NCBI GenBank assembly: GCA_963926355.1
Contig: CAWUWW010000003.1
Span: forward strand, 41,264-105,263
Source: an uncultured SAR86 cluster bacterium
GTDB taxonomy: Bacteria > Pseudomonadota > Gammaproteobacteria > Magnimaribacterales > D2472
Length of the DNA: 64,000 nt
Reading direction: 5' to 3'
This document shows positions 10,513-21,101 of this stretch, one piece after another; position 1 is the first letter of the stretch; every line of letters starts with the position of its first letter. The notes beneath the pieces are model-generated. The model was not told where the DNA came from. It searched no databases and worked only from the letters and a program-made list of their open reading frames with translations. The translations under genes were made by a program, and so were the position numbers.

Positions 10513-11523
10513 TTAATCCTCTAACCCCTCATTCCATTGTCCTAGCGCTGCCAATTTATTCATCTTAGCTCTGTGAGATAGGGCGTCTTGGGCAATAAAC
10601 ACATTCTCTGGTTTTCCCATCCAAGCTTTAAGGGTTGGCGCTTGAAGCGCTCTTCCGTATGAAAAACTTAACTTCCAGTTAAAGCCACCAATTTTATTCA
10701 TAGCATCTAAGTGGGCAGTAGCCAGAAGCTCTGATTGCCCGCCTGATAGGAAAGTTATTGCTGGGAGTTCCGATGGAACATTTGCCTTTAGACAATCTAA
10801 AGTTCTTTGAGCTACCTCATTTATACTTGCTTGGTGAGAGCAAGTTGCTCCTGCCGTAACCATATTAGGTTTTAATATAGTCCCTTTTATATTTACTTCA
10901 TTTTTATTTAAATGATGAAATAAAGATTTTAAAGATCTATCTGTTACTTCGAAGCAGTCATCAATAGAATGACTTCCTTCCATTAAAACTTCGGGCTCAA
11001 CCATTGGAACCATGCCATTGTCTTGAACAATCTTTGCATAATCAGCCAAGGCTTTCATGTTGGCATCAATACAATGATCAGTGGGCATATTATTGCCTAT
11101 TTTTATAACAGCTCTCCATTTAGTAAATTTAGCTCCTAGTTCGAAATACTCTTTAAGTCTTTCATCCAAGCCGTCTAAGCCGACCGTAACTGTTTCTTCT
11201 GATTCTCCAATAGGCTGAAGTCCTTTATCTACTTTTATTCCTGGTAATGCTCCATGAGAATTCATAATCTCTACTAAGGAAGTTCCATCTTTTGCATGCT
11301 GCCTTATCGTTTCATCAAAAAGAATTACCCCTCCAATATTGTCTTGTAATGCACCTGATGTAAAAAGCATCTCTCTATAATCTCTTCTGCTTTCTTCTGT
11401 TGATTCAACTCCAATAGTATTAAACCTTTTCGTGCAAGTTGGATTACTCTCATCTGCAGCAAGAATACCCTTACCATCGGAAACTATATAGGATGCTATT
11501 TCTTCTAAACTATTTAATGACAT
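10513..11523 (-). CDS. class I (Schiff-base) fructose-bisphosphate aldolase
   Basis: GKGILAADES, KWRAV, VEPEV, LKPNMV, FLSGGQ, SFSYGRALQ. Confidence 0.96.
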   Translation of the reverse strand: MSLNSLEEIASYIVSDGKGILAADESNPTCTKRFNTIGVESTEESRRDYREMLFTSGALQDNIGGVILFDETIRQHAKDGTSLVEIMNSHGALPGIKVDKGLQPIGESEETVTVGLDGLDERLKEYFELGAKFTKWRAVIKIGNNMPTDHCIDANMKALADYAKIVQDNGMVPMVEPEVLMEGSHSIDDCFEVTDRSLKSLFHHLNKNEVNIKGTILKPNMVTAGATCSHQASINEVAQRTLDCLKANVPSELPAITFLSGGQSELLATAHLDAMNKIGGFNWKLSFSYGRALQAPTLKAWMGKPENVFIAQDALSHRAKMNKLAALGQWNEGLED

Positions 11524-11535
11524 TTTTTCTCCTCT

Positions 11536-12681
11536 CTAATTCTTTAACTTTAAGGCGGTTATTGAAGGCAAGTCTTTGCCCTCCATGAACTCTAAAAAAG
11601 CTCCTCCGCCTGTCGAGCAATATGATACATCATCTGAATTGATAAATTTATTAATAGCGGAGATAGTTTCGCCGCCTCCTGCGATAGAAAAAGCTTTTGA
11701 TTGTGCGATTGCTATTGAAAGTTCTTTAGTGCCTTTTTCAAATAGCGAATTTTCGAACACGCCCAGAGGGCCATTCCATAATATAGTTTTTGAAGAATTA
11801 ATTACATTTAACATTTGGTCAGTAAGAGGTTGATCTAAAATCATTTCATTTTTTGCTACTTCATTAATTTTTTTTTCTTCTATCTGACTGCCTTCAAAAG
11901 TAGTCGAAGTAATAACGCTTTCTGGCAAAATTATCTTACCTCCATCTAGAAGATCTTTAGCTATATTTAGCATGGATTCCTCATATAAAGAAATTCCTAC
12001 CTCATGACCAGCAGCTTTTATGAAAGTATTGGCAATGCCACCCCCAACAATTATATGACCCGCCTTGGTGTTAATATTTTTTATAAGCTCAAGTTTTGTT
12101 GATACTTTTGAGCCGCCTATAATAGCTGTATAAGGATTTTCATACTCATTTAAAGCTTTAGTTAAAGAAGCAATTTCTTGCTGCAGTAAAATTCCGGCAC
12201 AAGCTATTTTTGAATGCTTAATTGCAGAATGTGTAGAGGCATGTTCACGGTGTGAAGTACCAAAAGCATCAAAAACATAAATATCACATATGGAGCCAAG
12301 AAGCTTTCCTAATGGATCACTGTTTGATCGCTCTCCATCAAAAAATCTTATATTTTCAAGAACCTGTATTCTTGCTTTGCTATTAAATATGGATGAGTCA
12401 TTCAGATTACTTATTAGTTCTACCTCTTCTTGAGCAATATTCATCAGTGATTCTACAACCGGCCTTAAAGATAATTTTTCATCAAATATACCTTCTTTAG
12501 GCCTTCCTAGATGGGAGACTAAAAGAATTTTAGCGCCTTGCTCTAAAGCATGATTGATAGTTGGCATCGATGCTAATATTCTAGAATTGTCATAAACAAC
12601 GCCATCTTTAATGGGCACGTTCATATCAACTCTAATAGCAAGATTTTTATCTTTTAGATTTAGATCAAAAAGATTATTCAT
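11536..12681 (-). CDS. pgk: phosphoglycerate kinase
   Basis: RVDMNVP, SHLGRP, GGSKVSTK, STGGGAFLE. Confidence 0.97.
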   Translation of the reverse strand: MNNLFDLNLKDKNLAIRVDMNVPIKDGVVYDNSRILASMPTINHALEQGAKILLVSHLGRPKEGIFDEKLSLRPVVESLMNIAQEEVELISNLNDSSIFNSKARIQVLENIRFFDGERSNSDPLGKLLGSICDIYVFDAFGTSHREHASTHSAIKHSKIACAGILLQQEIASLTKALNEYENPYTAIIGGSKVSTKLELIKNINTKAGHIIVGGGIANTFIKAAGHEVGISLYEESMLNIAKDLLDGGKIILPESVITSTTFEGSQIEEKKINEVAKNEMILDQPLTDQMLNVINSSKTILWNGPLGVFENSLFEKGTKELSIAIAQSKAFSIAGGGETISAINKFINSDDVSYCSTGGGAFLEFMEGKDLPSITALKLKN

Positions 12682-14662
12682 CTAATAATGATTTTGCCAT
12701 TTCAATAACATTTTCAGTAGTAAAGCCAAAATGGTCTAGCAAAATATTAGCAGGTGCCGATTCACCAAAAGTCTCTATACCTAAAACCTTGTCAGTTTTA
12801 TTTAATAATTTATACCAAGAGTTTGGGTGTGCTAACTCTGCAACCAATATTGGAAGATCTTTTTTTATTATTGAGGATTGGTATTCTTCGGAACTAGACA
12901 AGAAAATATCTAAGCAAGGCATAGATATGACATTAGAGGCAATGCCTTGTTTATCAAGATCTTCCGAAGCATCTAGCATCATCTGCAATTCACTTCCAGA
13001 GGCCATCAAGGTTATCTGAGCATCTGAATTTTCTTTAACAAGATATCCGCCTTTTTTAATATCGGAAATCTGGTTAGCATTTCTTGTTATTGGAGATGTG
13101 TTTTGTCTGCTAAAAATTAAACATGTAGGTGTTTTAGTTGAAGTAACCGCATTCTCCCAAGCAACAGCTGTCTCAACTAAATCTGCAGGCCTCCAATTAT
13201 TAAGATTAGGTGTTGATCTCAAGGTAACCAGATGCTCTACAGGCTGATGGGTTGGACCATCTTCACCAAGAGCTATTGAGTCATGAGTGTATACAAAAAT
13301 ATTTGGTATTCCCATAAGAGCAGAAAGCCTGATAGCATTTCTTGCATAATCAGTAAATACTAAAAATGTAGCCCCATAAGGCTTGATTCCACCATGCAGA
13401 ACCATTCCATTCATAATGGCTGACATCCCAAACTCTCTCACGCCATAGTTAATATGATTACCAGTAGGGTTTTCATTTGAGAATGTAGTACTTGATTTTG
13501 AAAAAGTATTATTTGAAGGAGTTAAATCAGCAGAACCTCCGACAAGTTCTGGTATTTCTTTTACAAAGAAATCTAAGCAAACTTGAGAGGCTTTTCTTGT
13601 TGCCATTGATGCATTCTCTTTGTCGCAATGCTCAAGGAATTCAGTATATTTTTTTGAGAAATCTTCTGGTAAATTACCGGATATTCTTCTTGTTAATTCT
13701 GTATACTTTTCTAAATCTTCTGCTTTTAGCAAAGTCATAACAGAATCCCATTCCTTGTTTTTGCTTTCACCATCTGAAACTGCATTCCAAGATTCATAAA
13801 CAGCATCTGGAATATCAAAGGGTACATGTGTCCAGCCAAGAAGTTCTCTTGTTTTTAATATCTCTTCGTCGCCCAAGGGAGAGCCATGTACATCAGAGGT
13901 CCCGGACTTATTTGGAGATCCAAACCCTATGGTTGTTTTACAAAAAATCATGGTAGGCATTTTGTTTTCTTCTTTTGCCAACTCAATAGCAGCACTTATA
14001 GCATCTGCATTATGACCATCTACACATATTGTTTGCCAGCCATAACTATCAAACCTTTTTACTGTATCGTCTGTAAACCAATTCTCAATCTCTCCATCAA
14101 TTGAAATTCCATTCTGGTCATAAAAACAAATTAATTTTCCAAGCTGATGGGTTCCAGCAAATGAGCAAGCTTCGTGGGATATGCCTTCCATTAAGCACCC
14201 ATCTCCTAAGAAGGTATATGTATAGTGATCTATTGGCTTAAGATTTGGTGAATTAAACTCTGCAGCAAGCATCTTCTCAGAAATAGCCATGCCAACCGCA
14301 TTAGCAATACCTTGACCCAAAGGCCCAGTAGTTGTTTCTATGCCATGATCCAGGTCAAACTCTGGATGGCCGGGTGTTTTAGATTTAAGTTGTCTAAAGT
14401 TTTTTAAATCATCTATGGAGATATCGTAGCCCGTTAAATGTAACAAGCTATATAAAAGCATAGAGCCATGTCCGTTAGACAAGACAAATCTATCTCTATT
14501 AAACCAATGTGGATTAGACGGGTTGTGATTTAAATGAGTTTTCCATAAAGCAGTGGCAATATCTGCCATTCCCATAGGCATTCCAGGATGTCCAGAATTA
14601 GCTTTTTGAACACCATCTACTGAGAGAAACCTTAAAGCATTTGTTTGATCTGAGTTATTCAA
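12674..14662 (-). CDS. tkt: transketolase
   Basis: SGHPGMPMG, GDGCLMEG, YGVREF, GEDGPTHQP; TTG start. Confidence 0.97.
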   Translation of the reverse strand: MNNSDQTNALRFLSVDGVQKANSGHPGMPMGMADIATALWKTHLNHNPSNPHWFNRDRFVLSNGHGSMLLYSLLHLTGYDISIDDLKNFRQLKSKTPGHPEFDLDHGIETTTGPLGQGIANAVGMAISEKMLAAEFNSPNLKPIDHYTYTFLGDGCLMEGISHEACSFAGTHQLGKLICFYDQNGISIDGEIENWFTDDTVKRFDSYGWQTICVDGHNADAISAAIELAKEENKMPTMIFCKTTIGFGSPNKSGTSDVHGSPLGDEEILKTRELLGWTHVPFDIPDAVYESWNAVSDGESKNKEWDSVMTLLKAEDLEKYTELTRRISGNLPEDFSKKYTEFLEHCDKENASMATRKASQVCLDFFVKEIPELVGGSADLTPSNNTFSKSSTTFSNENPTGNHINYGVREFGMSAIMNGMVLHGGIKPYGATFLVFTDYARNAIRLSALMGIPNIFVYTHDSIALGEDGPTHQPVEHLVTLRSTPNLNNWRPADLVETAVAWENAVTSTKTPTCLIFSRQNTSPITRNANQISDIKKGGYLVKENSDAQITLMASGSELQMMLDASEDLDKQGIASNVISMPCLDIFLSSSEEYQSSIIKKDLPILVAELAHPNSWYKLLNKTDKVLGIETFGESAPANILLDHFGFTTENVIEMAKSLLDE

Positions 14663-14761
14663 TTTTTTTTCCTTGGATTTGCTTGGTTTGAATAGATAAT
14701 AATAATATTTTAATCATCATAAATATAGGTGTATTAAAGGTTAATATAATATAAAATGCCA

Positions 14762-14809
14762 TAAATGTGATTTTCTAATTTTTTGCATACATTTAAACTG
14801 CTAAAAAAT
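14762..14809 (+). ncRNA. SAM-II-type riboswitch aptamer (H-type pseudoknot) in the metK leader
   Basis: P1 TAAATGT(14762-68)/ACATTTA(14789-95); loop GATTT; P2 ATTTTTTGC(14778-86)/GC-T-AAAAAAT(14800-09); matches the SAM-II GAUUU..UUGC..GCUAAA signature; directly upstream of metK. Confidence 0.75.
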
Positions 14810-14850
14810 AAATATTTTAAATTACTTACATAAAAATTCTAGGAGAGAGA

Positions 14851-16005
14851 ATGAGTTATATATTTACATCTGAATCAGTTTCTGGAGGTCATCCTGACAA
14901 AGTCTGTGACCAAGTATCTGATGCCGTTCTTGATGCATATTTAGCAGAAGATCCAAATAGCAGAGTGGCTTGTGAAACAATGATTAAAAATAATATGGTC
15001 TTTATTGCCGGGGAGATAACATCTCTAGGTAATCCAGATTTAGAGCCAATTGTAAGAAAAACAATTAATGATATTGGCTATAACACTGATGAATATGGAT
15101 TTAATGGCGATACGTGTGAGTTTACGAACCTTGTTTTTCAACAGTCTCCTGATATTGCTCAAGGGGTTAATGAAGGTGAGGGTGAGGATTTAGAACAAGG
15201 AGCTGGAGATCAAGGTCTTATGTTTGGTTATGCCTGTAAAGAGACTAAATCTTTAATGCCCCTGCCTATAGACTTATCACACAAGCTTGTTAAGAGACAG
15301 GCTGATGCTATGAAGAGTGGTGAAATTTCATGGCTCAGACCAGATGCAAAAAGCCAAGTTAGTGTTATATATTCCGATGATGGCAAAACAATTGAAGGCC
15401 TTTCTGCAGTAGTTCTTTCAACACAGCATGACGAAGATGTGTCTCAAGAAGAAATAAAAGCTGAAATAATGGATAAAATTATCAAGCCAATAGTCCCTGA
15501 GGAATGGATTTTAGATTCAACCAAGATCTATATAAATCCAACTGGGAAGTTCGTTATAGGTGGTCCAGTTGGTGATTGCGGGCTTACTGGAAGAAAAATT
15601 ATTGTTGATACTTATGGAGGTATGGCGCGCCATGGCGGCGGTGCTTTTTCTGGCAAAGACCCTTCAAAAGTAGATAGATCTGCAGCTTACGCGTGTAGAT
15701 ATGTAGCAAAGAATATTGTTGCAGCAGGGCTAGCAGACTATTGTGAAATTCAAGTATCCTATGCAATTGGTGTTGCAACACCAACATCCATAAATGTTAA
15801 TACTTTTAATAGCGAAAAAATCTCAAAAACTGCTATTGAAAAAATAGTTGAAGAGCACTTTGATCTTAGGCCTAAAAATCTTATCAATATGCTAGATCTT
15901 AAGAGGCCTATATACCTTCCAACTGCTGCATATGGACACTTTGGAAGAACTGATATTGATCTTACTTGGGAAAAAACTGATAAAGTTTCAGATATCTCAC
16001 AATAA
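14851..16005 (+). CDS. metK: S-adenosylmethionine synthetase
   Basis: [26 protein letters not shown]. Confidence 0.98.
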   Translation: MSYIFTSESVSGGHPDKVCDQVSDAVLDAYLAEDPNSRVACETMIKNNMVFIAGEITSLGNPDLEPIVRKTINDIGYNTDEYGFNGDTCEFTNLVFQQSPDIAQGVNEGEGEDLEQGAGDQGLMFGYACKETKSLMPLPIDLSHKLVKRQADAMKSGEISWLRPDAKSQVSVIYSDDGKTIEGLSAVVLSTQHDEDVSQEEIKAEIMDKIIKPIVPEEWILDSTKIYINPTGKFVIGGPVGDCGLTGRKIIVDTYGGMARHGGGAFSGKDPSKVDRSAAYACRYVAKNIVAAGLADYCEIQVSYAIGVATPTSINVNTFNSEKISKTAIEKIVEEHFDLRPKNLINMLDLKRPIYLPTAAYGHFGRTDIDLTWEKTDKVSDISQ

Positions 16006-16025
16006 AAATAAACTTAGGAAAAAAA

Positions 16026-17420
16026 ATGGAAAATGATTATAAAGTAGCTGATATGTCTCTTGCTGAGTTTGGTAGAAGAGAGATATCTCTTGCTGAAAAT
16101 GAAATGCCTGCACTTATGGCCTTAAGAGATAAGTATAGAGCTGAACAGCCTTTAGCTGGAGCTAAAATTATGGGCTGTATTCATATGACAATTCAAACAG
16201 CAGTTCTAATGGAAACCCTAATTGATCTTGGTGCTGAATTAAGATGGTCATCATGTAATATTTTTTCAACACAAGACCACGCGGCTGCAGCAATGGCCGC
16301 TGTTGGAATTCCAACTTTTGCATGGAAGGGCGAGACTGAAGAAGAATTTGTATGGTGTATTGAGCAAACTATTTTAAAAGATGGAACTCCATGGGATGCA
16401 AATATGATCCTTGATGATGGTAGTGATCTTACTGCAATGGTTCATGAAAAATTTCCAGAGATGCTAGAGACTATTCATGGTGTATCTGAAGAAACTACAA
16501 CTGGCATTCATAGATTAAAAGATATGCTTTTAAAGGGTGAATTAAAAATACCTGCTATTAATGTTAATGACTCTGTAACGAAAGCAAAAAATGATAATAA
16601 GTACGGATGCAGGCACAGTCTTAATGATGCCCTTAAAAGAGGTACTGACATGCTCCTGTCAGGCAAAAGAGGCTTGGTGATTGGGTATGGAGATGTTGGC
16701 AAGGGATCTGCTGCTAGTCTCGCTCAAGAAGGCATGATAGTTAGCGTAGTAGAATCTGATCCAATATGTGCAATGCAAGCATGCATGGATGGTTTTGCTG
16801 TTGTGTCCTGTTATAAAAATGGAGTTGTAACCAGAAAAGAAGCTGATATTGATATGCAGGTCATGGGAACAACTGATTTAGTGGTTACAACAACTGGAAA
16901 TGTGAATGTTTGTGATTCAGCCATGTTGAATACACTTAAAAATGCTGCCGTGGTCTGTAATATTGGCCATTTTGACAATGAAATTGACACTGCATTTATG
17001 AGAGATGCCTTCTATTGGGATGAGATTAAACCTCAAGTTCATAGAATTTTTAGAGATACTAAACCAGAAGGAACTCCCAATCTTTCGAGTAAAAACTATC
17101 TTATTCTTTTGTCTGAGGGAAGACTAGTAAACCTAGGAAATGCCACAGGACATCCAAGTAGAATTATGGATGGTTCGTTTGCTAACCAAGTACTTGCTCA
17201 AATTCATTTATACAAACAAGGGTTTGCTAATATCAATGATGCTGATACAAAAGCTGAGATGATTACTGTAGAGGTTTTACCTAAAAAACTAGATGAAGAG
17301 GTAGCTGCATTAATGGTTGCAGGTTTTGGAGGGGTTATAACTCAACTTACTCAAGAACAAGCAGAATATATTAATGTTCCTCAAGAAGGCCCTTTCAAAG
17401 AAGACGCCTACAAATATTAG
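16026..17420 (+). CDS. ahcY: adenosylhomocysteinase
   Basis: [36 protein letters not shown]. Confidence 0.98.
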   Translation: MENDYKVADMSLAEFGRREISLAENEMPALMALRDKYRAEQPLAGAKIMGCIHMTIQTAVLMETLIDLGAELRWSSCNIFSTQDHAAAAMAAVGIPTFAWKGETEEEFVWCIEQTILKDGTPWDANMILDDGSDLTAMVHEKFPEMLETIHGVSEETTTGIHRLKDMLLKGELKIPAINVNDSVTKAKNDNKYGCRHSLNDALKRGTDMLLSGKRGLVIGYGDVGKGSAASLAQEGMIVSVVESDPICAMQACMDGFAVVSCYKNGVVTRKEADIDMQVMGTTDLVVTTTGNVNVCDSAMLNTLKNAAVVCNIGHFDNEIDTAFMRDAFYWDEIKPQVHRIFRDTKPEGTPNLSSKNYLILLSEGRLVNLGNATGHPSRIMDGSFANQVLAQIHLYKQGFANINDADTKAEMITVEVLPKKLDEEVAALMVAGFGGVITQLTQEQAEYINVPQEGPFKEDAYKY

Positions 17421-17430
17421 CCAAACATTG

Positions 17431-17463
17431 TGCAATTATGAGCTTTATTGCTCATAATATGCA
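17431..17463. promoter_or_regulatory. inverted repeat / hairpin between ahcY and the lptM-lysA operon
   Basis: ATTATGAGC(17435-43) loop TTTATT GCTCATAAT(17450-58), extendable by flanking TGCA; no U-tract. Confidence 0.5.
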
Positions 17464-17465
17464 TT

Positions 17466-17567
17466 ATGAAAATAGTCCGAATCATTGTTTGTATATTTGC
17501 TACTGCATCTCTAGTTGGATGCGGAGTAAAAGGTCCTATTATTAATTCAATAACCCATATCGTGTAA
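17466..17567 (+). CDS. lptM: small lipoprotein, LptM/YifL/LppL family (33 aa)
   Basis: MKIVRIIVCIFATASLVGCGVKGPIINSITHIV: lipobox LVGC plus CGxKGP motif; canonical position before lysA. Confidence 0.85.
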   Translation: MKIVRIIVCIFATASLVGCGVKGPIINSITHIV

Positions 17568-18809
17568 ATGGATTTTTTTAACTATAAAGATGGAAAGTTA
17601 TTTTGTGAAGATGTAGATCTTTCACTCATATCAGACGCTTTTAATACTCCTGCTTATGTATATTCAAAAAAGACTCTTGAAAGGCATGCGGATGCTTATT
17701 TAAAGTCGTTCTCATCTAGTAACAATTTAGTTTGCTTTGCTGTCAAATCATTAAGTAATATTTCTATTCTAAAAATACTTAAAGATAGAGGGTGTGGCTT
17801 TGATATTGTCTCAGGCGGAGAATTACATAGAGTTTTACTAGCAGGAGCTGATCCTAAAAAAATAATATTTTCTGGTGTTGGGAAAACTAAAGAAGAAATA
17901 GCCTCAGGAATTAAAAATAATGTCTTATCTTTTAATATTGAGTCGCCCTCTGAGCTTTACAGAATTGAGAGAGTTGCTAAAGACTTGGATAGAGTTGCTC
18001 CCATATCAATTAGATTCAATCCTGATGTAGATTCAGGAGGCCATGATTACATCACAACAGGCAGAAAGGGAGACAAGTTCGGGATCTCCTCAATAGAGGA
18101 TATTTTAGAACTAAGCAGTTATATCTCTAGCTCTAAAAATTTAAAAAATGTTGGCGTTGCTTGTCACATTGGATCTCAAATTCTTGGACTAGACAGTTAT
18201 AAGGCTGCTGCACGCAAAACCATTGAACTGGCTGATATGCTTCTTGAGATGGGTATTGAGCTTGATTTTCTAGACCTAGGCGGAGGCCTCGGGGTTCCTT
18301 ACAACGGAGAGACACCACCGTCTCCCAGTGAATTAGTTGCTTGTCTTGAAAATGAATTATCCGAAAGAAAAGAAAGAATTATTATAGAGCCAGGAAGAAG
18401 TATATCTGCCAATGCGGGGGTTCTTCTTACTAAGGTTGAGTACATCAAAGATGAATTTTTAATAGTTGATGCCGCAATGAATGACCTTTTAAGGCCCGCT
18501 CTATACAAAGCTGAGCATGATGTATGGAATCTAGAAAAAGATAGTACTCAAGAAGCTAAAGTATGGAATATTGTTGGTCCAATTTGTGAATCTTCTGATT
18601 TCTTAGCAAGAAATATAAGTATTCCTGCAAAAGAGGATGACGTGTTAGCAATAAAATCAGCTGGAGCATATGGGTTTGTTATGTCTTCAAATTATAATTC
18701 TAGACCAAAATCTGCTGAGATTCTTGTAGATGGAAGCGAATTCAAACTAATAAGAAAAAGGGAGAATTTCGATGACCTTGTTCAATCTGAGATAAGCCTA
18801 GATGATTAG
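17568..18809 (+). CDS. lysA: diaminopimelate decarboxylase
   Basis: FAVKS, DIVSGGE, HIGSQ, EPGR, CESSD. Confidence 0.96.
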   Translation: MDFFNYKDGKLFCEDVDLSLISDAFNTPAYVYSKKTLERHADAYLKSFSSSNNLVCFAVKSLSNISILKILKDRGCGFDIVSGGELHRVLLAGADPKKIIFSGVGKTKEEIASGIKNNVLSFNIESPSELYRIERVAKDLDRVAPISIRFNPDVDSGGHDYITTGRKGDKFGISSIEDILELSSYISSSKNLKNVGVACHIGSQILGLDSYKAAARKTIELADMLLEMGIELDFLDLGGGLGVPYNGETPPSPSELVACLENELSERKERIIIEPGRSISANAGVLLTKVEYIKDEFLIVDAAMNDLLRPALYKAEHDVWNLEKDSTQEAKVWNIVGPICESSDFLARNISIPAKEDDVLAIKSAGAYGFVMSSNYNSRPKSAEILVDGSEFKLIRKRENFDDLVQSEISLDD

Positions 18810-19584
18810 TTTTGATAAGATGCATGGGAATGGTAATGATTTTATTGTTATGAATTCTATTGAGCAAGATTTTATACCGTCGATGAAATTTATAAAAAAA
18901 AATGCTGATAGACAGACTGGGATAGGCTTTGATCAATTAATCTTAATAGGCCTCCCTATTAAAGAAAATTCAGATTTTATGATCAAATTTTACAATGCAG
19001 ATGGTGGTGAGGCAGACATGTGCCTGAATGGTATAAGGTGTGCTGTGGCTTATATTTGGAAGCATAGTTTTGCTGCTAAAAGATCTTTAGTTCTTGAAAC
19101 TAATAAAAAAATAATAATCTGCAAGCCCGCTGGAAAAAGCATTCAAGCATCTTTTGATATGCCATTAGTAAATACTGATACAAAGCTCTATTCATCACTT
19201 CAAAAGTCTCTAAAAAATGAGGCATTTTTTATAGTAGACGCTGGGAACAAGCATTTGTGTCTTAAAAAAAGAAGCATTAAGAATGAAGATTTAGATGCAT
19301 TGTATTCAAAATTAAAAAAAATAATTAGGCCGCATAATATTAATTTATCAATCTTTAAGCATACTAAAGAACTGATCGAAATAAGAACATATGAGAATGG
19401 TGTTGGGGAGACGCTTTCCTGTGGTTCAGCGTCTGCATCAGTTGCCTCCTTATATCTTAATAGTAAGATAAATAAAGTGACTGTTAGATCTTCGGGTGGC
19501 GAGATAAAATTTTCTAAGTCAAAAAATGGCATTTTAATGACGGGACCTTCAGCTCATATATTCTCAGGAGATATTAATGACTAA
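18802..19584 (+). CDS. dapF: diaminopimelate epimerase
   Basis: KMHGNGNDF, NADG.EA.MC.NG.RC, E.GVGETLSCGS. Confidence 0.92.
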   Translation: MISFDKMHGNGNDFIVMNSIEQDFIPSMKFIKKNADRQTGIGFDQLILIGLPIKENSDFMIKFYNADGGEADMCLNGIRCAVAYIWKHSFAAKRSLVLETNKKIIICKPAGKSIQASFDMPLVNTDTKLYSSLQKSLKNEAFFIVDAGNKHLCLKKRSIKNEDLDALYSKLKKIIRPHNINLSIFKHTKELIEIRTYENGVGETLSCGSASASVASLYLNSKINKVTVRSSGGEIKFSKSKNGILMTGPSAHIFSGDIND

Positions 19585-20206
19585 AAAACTAGATCCAAAA
19601 GACGTTGAGTTATTTCTTTTAGACAATATTAATTTTTTTGAATCAAGGGAATCTCTTGTTGGAGAACTTAAATTTAGACACTCATCAAGCTCTGCATCTT
19701 CTTTATTAGAGCGTCAGATTATGAAATTAAGAGATGAGCAGAAAGATCTTATGGACCTGCTTTCTTCATTTATAAAGACAGCTTCACTTAACGAAGATTT
19801 ATTTAATAAATCAAAAAATTTGACTCTTTCAATATTGGGATCCTCCTCTAAAGAAGAGGTTATAAGCAATGTTCAAGATGATTTTATAAAAAACTTTGGT
19901 GTTGATAGCTGTATCCTTGATTTTATTGAAAACGAAAAAATGGATCAGCTAGAAAGTAATACAGGAATGTCCTTTCATAAAGGAGCAATTTATTGCGGGT
20001 CTTATTCTAACGAAAAAATGGAACTTCTCTTCGGTGATAACAAGGTTGCATCTATTGCCGTAGCAGTAATAGCTGGGCATAAAGACATTGGTTTGCTGAA
20101 ATTAGGAAGCTATGAGCGTACTAGATATCTTGGAGATGAAGATACTACTTTCATAGAATACATTAGGGATATTTTAGAAAAGAAATTTTCATCGTTTGAT
20201 GTCTAG
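19577..20206 (+). CDS. DUF484 (YigA-like) protein
   Basis: SLLERQI..LR motif; synteny dapF-DUF484-xerC. Confidence 0.85.
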   Translation: MTKKLDPKDVELFLLDNINFFESRESLVGELKFRHSSSSASSLLERQIMKLRDEQKDLMDLLSSFIKTASLNEDLFNKSKNLTLSILGSSSKEEVISNVQDDFIKNFGVDSCILDFIENEKMDQLESNTGMSFHKGAIYCGSYSNEKMELLFGDNKVASIAVAVIAGHKDIGLLKLGSYERTRYLGDEDTTFIEYIRDILEKKFSSFDV

Positions 20207-21101
20207 CGACTATTTTATCTCAAAGGATGTAAAACTTTACATCGATTATATTTCTGAGATTAAAAATCTCTCTACCAATACAAGCTCTTCTTACAAAAGA
20301 GACCTTGATAAACTGGTTAAATATTTTCATTCTATAGGCATTGCTGACTATGAAGATATAAATGATGAGATATGCTCTGGATGGATTGGTAGCCTTTATT
20401 CTTTAGATATTAATCCTAGAAGTATTCAAAGACATTTATCCTCTGGAAAGGGGTTTTTTAGATTCCTAAAAAAGAATCATAGAGTTACAGGCTCCCCTTT
20501 TGAGCTTGTAAAAGCACCCAAAACACCAAGCTATCTGCCTGAAGTTCTTTCTCCTGAAAGCGTTGAGCAATTGCTTAATTTTAAACCAGATGGTTCTCTT
20601 GAGATTAGAGACCTGGCCATTGTTGAGCTCATGTACTCATCAGGTCTGAGAGTATCAGAAACAGCCGGGGTTGATCTAGATCATTTTGAAGAAGAAATGT
20701 CATTCCTAAGAATTTTAGGTAAGGGCTCAAAGACAAGGATTGTACCTCTTGGAAGGTATGCAATAAATGCTATTAAAAATTGGATTCATGAAAGATCTAA
20801 GTATTCTGAAGAATCAACAGCTCTTTTTATAAACCTAAAGGGCACTAGGCTTTCTGTAAGAAGCATTCAGCTTAGATTAAAACGATTGGCAACTAAACAA
20901 GGACTCCCACCAATACACCCTCATATGCTTCGTCATAGCTTTGCAACTCATATGCTTGAGTCAAGTGGTGACCTTAGAACAATTCAGGAGCTATTAGGTC
21001 ATAGCTCACTTTCAACAACCCAAATTTATACCAAATTAGATTACCAACACTTAGTAAAGATTTACGATAATGCCCATCCTAGAGCAAAAAAAAATGAATA
21101 A
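20199..21101 (+). CDS. xerC: tyrosine recombinase XerC
   Basis: LMYSSGLR, GKGSK.R, HPHMLRHSFATH, LLGH...TTQIY; synteny. Confidence 0.95.
   Translation: MSSDYFISKDVKLYIDYISEIKNLSTNTSSSYKRDLDKLVKYFHSIGIADYEDINDEICSGWIGSLYSLDINPRSIQRHLSSGKGFFRFLKKNHRVTGSPFELVKAPKTPSYLPEVLSPESVEQLLNFKPDGSLEIRDLAIVELMYSSGLRVSETAGVDLDHFEEEMSFLRILGKGSKTRIVPLGRYAINAIKNWIHERSKYSEESTALFINLKGTRLSVRSIQLRLKRLATKQGLPPIHPHMLRHSFATHMLESSGDLRTIQELLGHSSLSTTQIYTKLDYQHLVKIYDNAHPRAKKNE

Noticed and set aside
14810-14850. Tandem SAM-V aptamer after the SAM-II element
   Set aside because: No second UUGC/GCUAAA-type pairing in the remaining 40 nt.
20199-21101. Tyrosine recombinase as a phage or island integrase
   Set aside because: Sits in the conserved dapF-DUF484-xerC-HAD operon; no att sites, tRNA or cargo genes.
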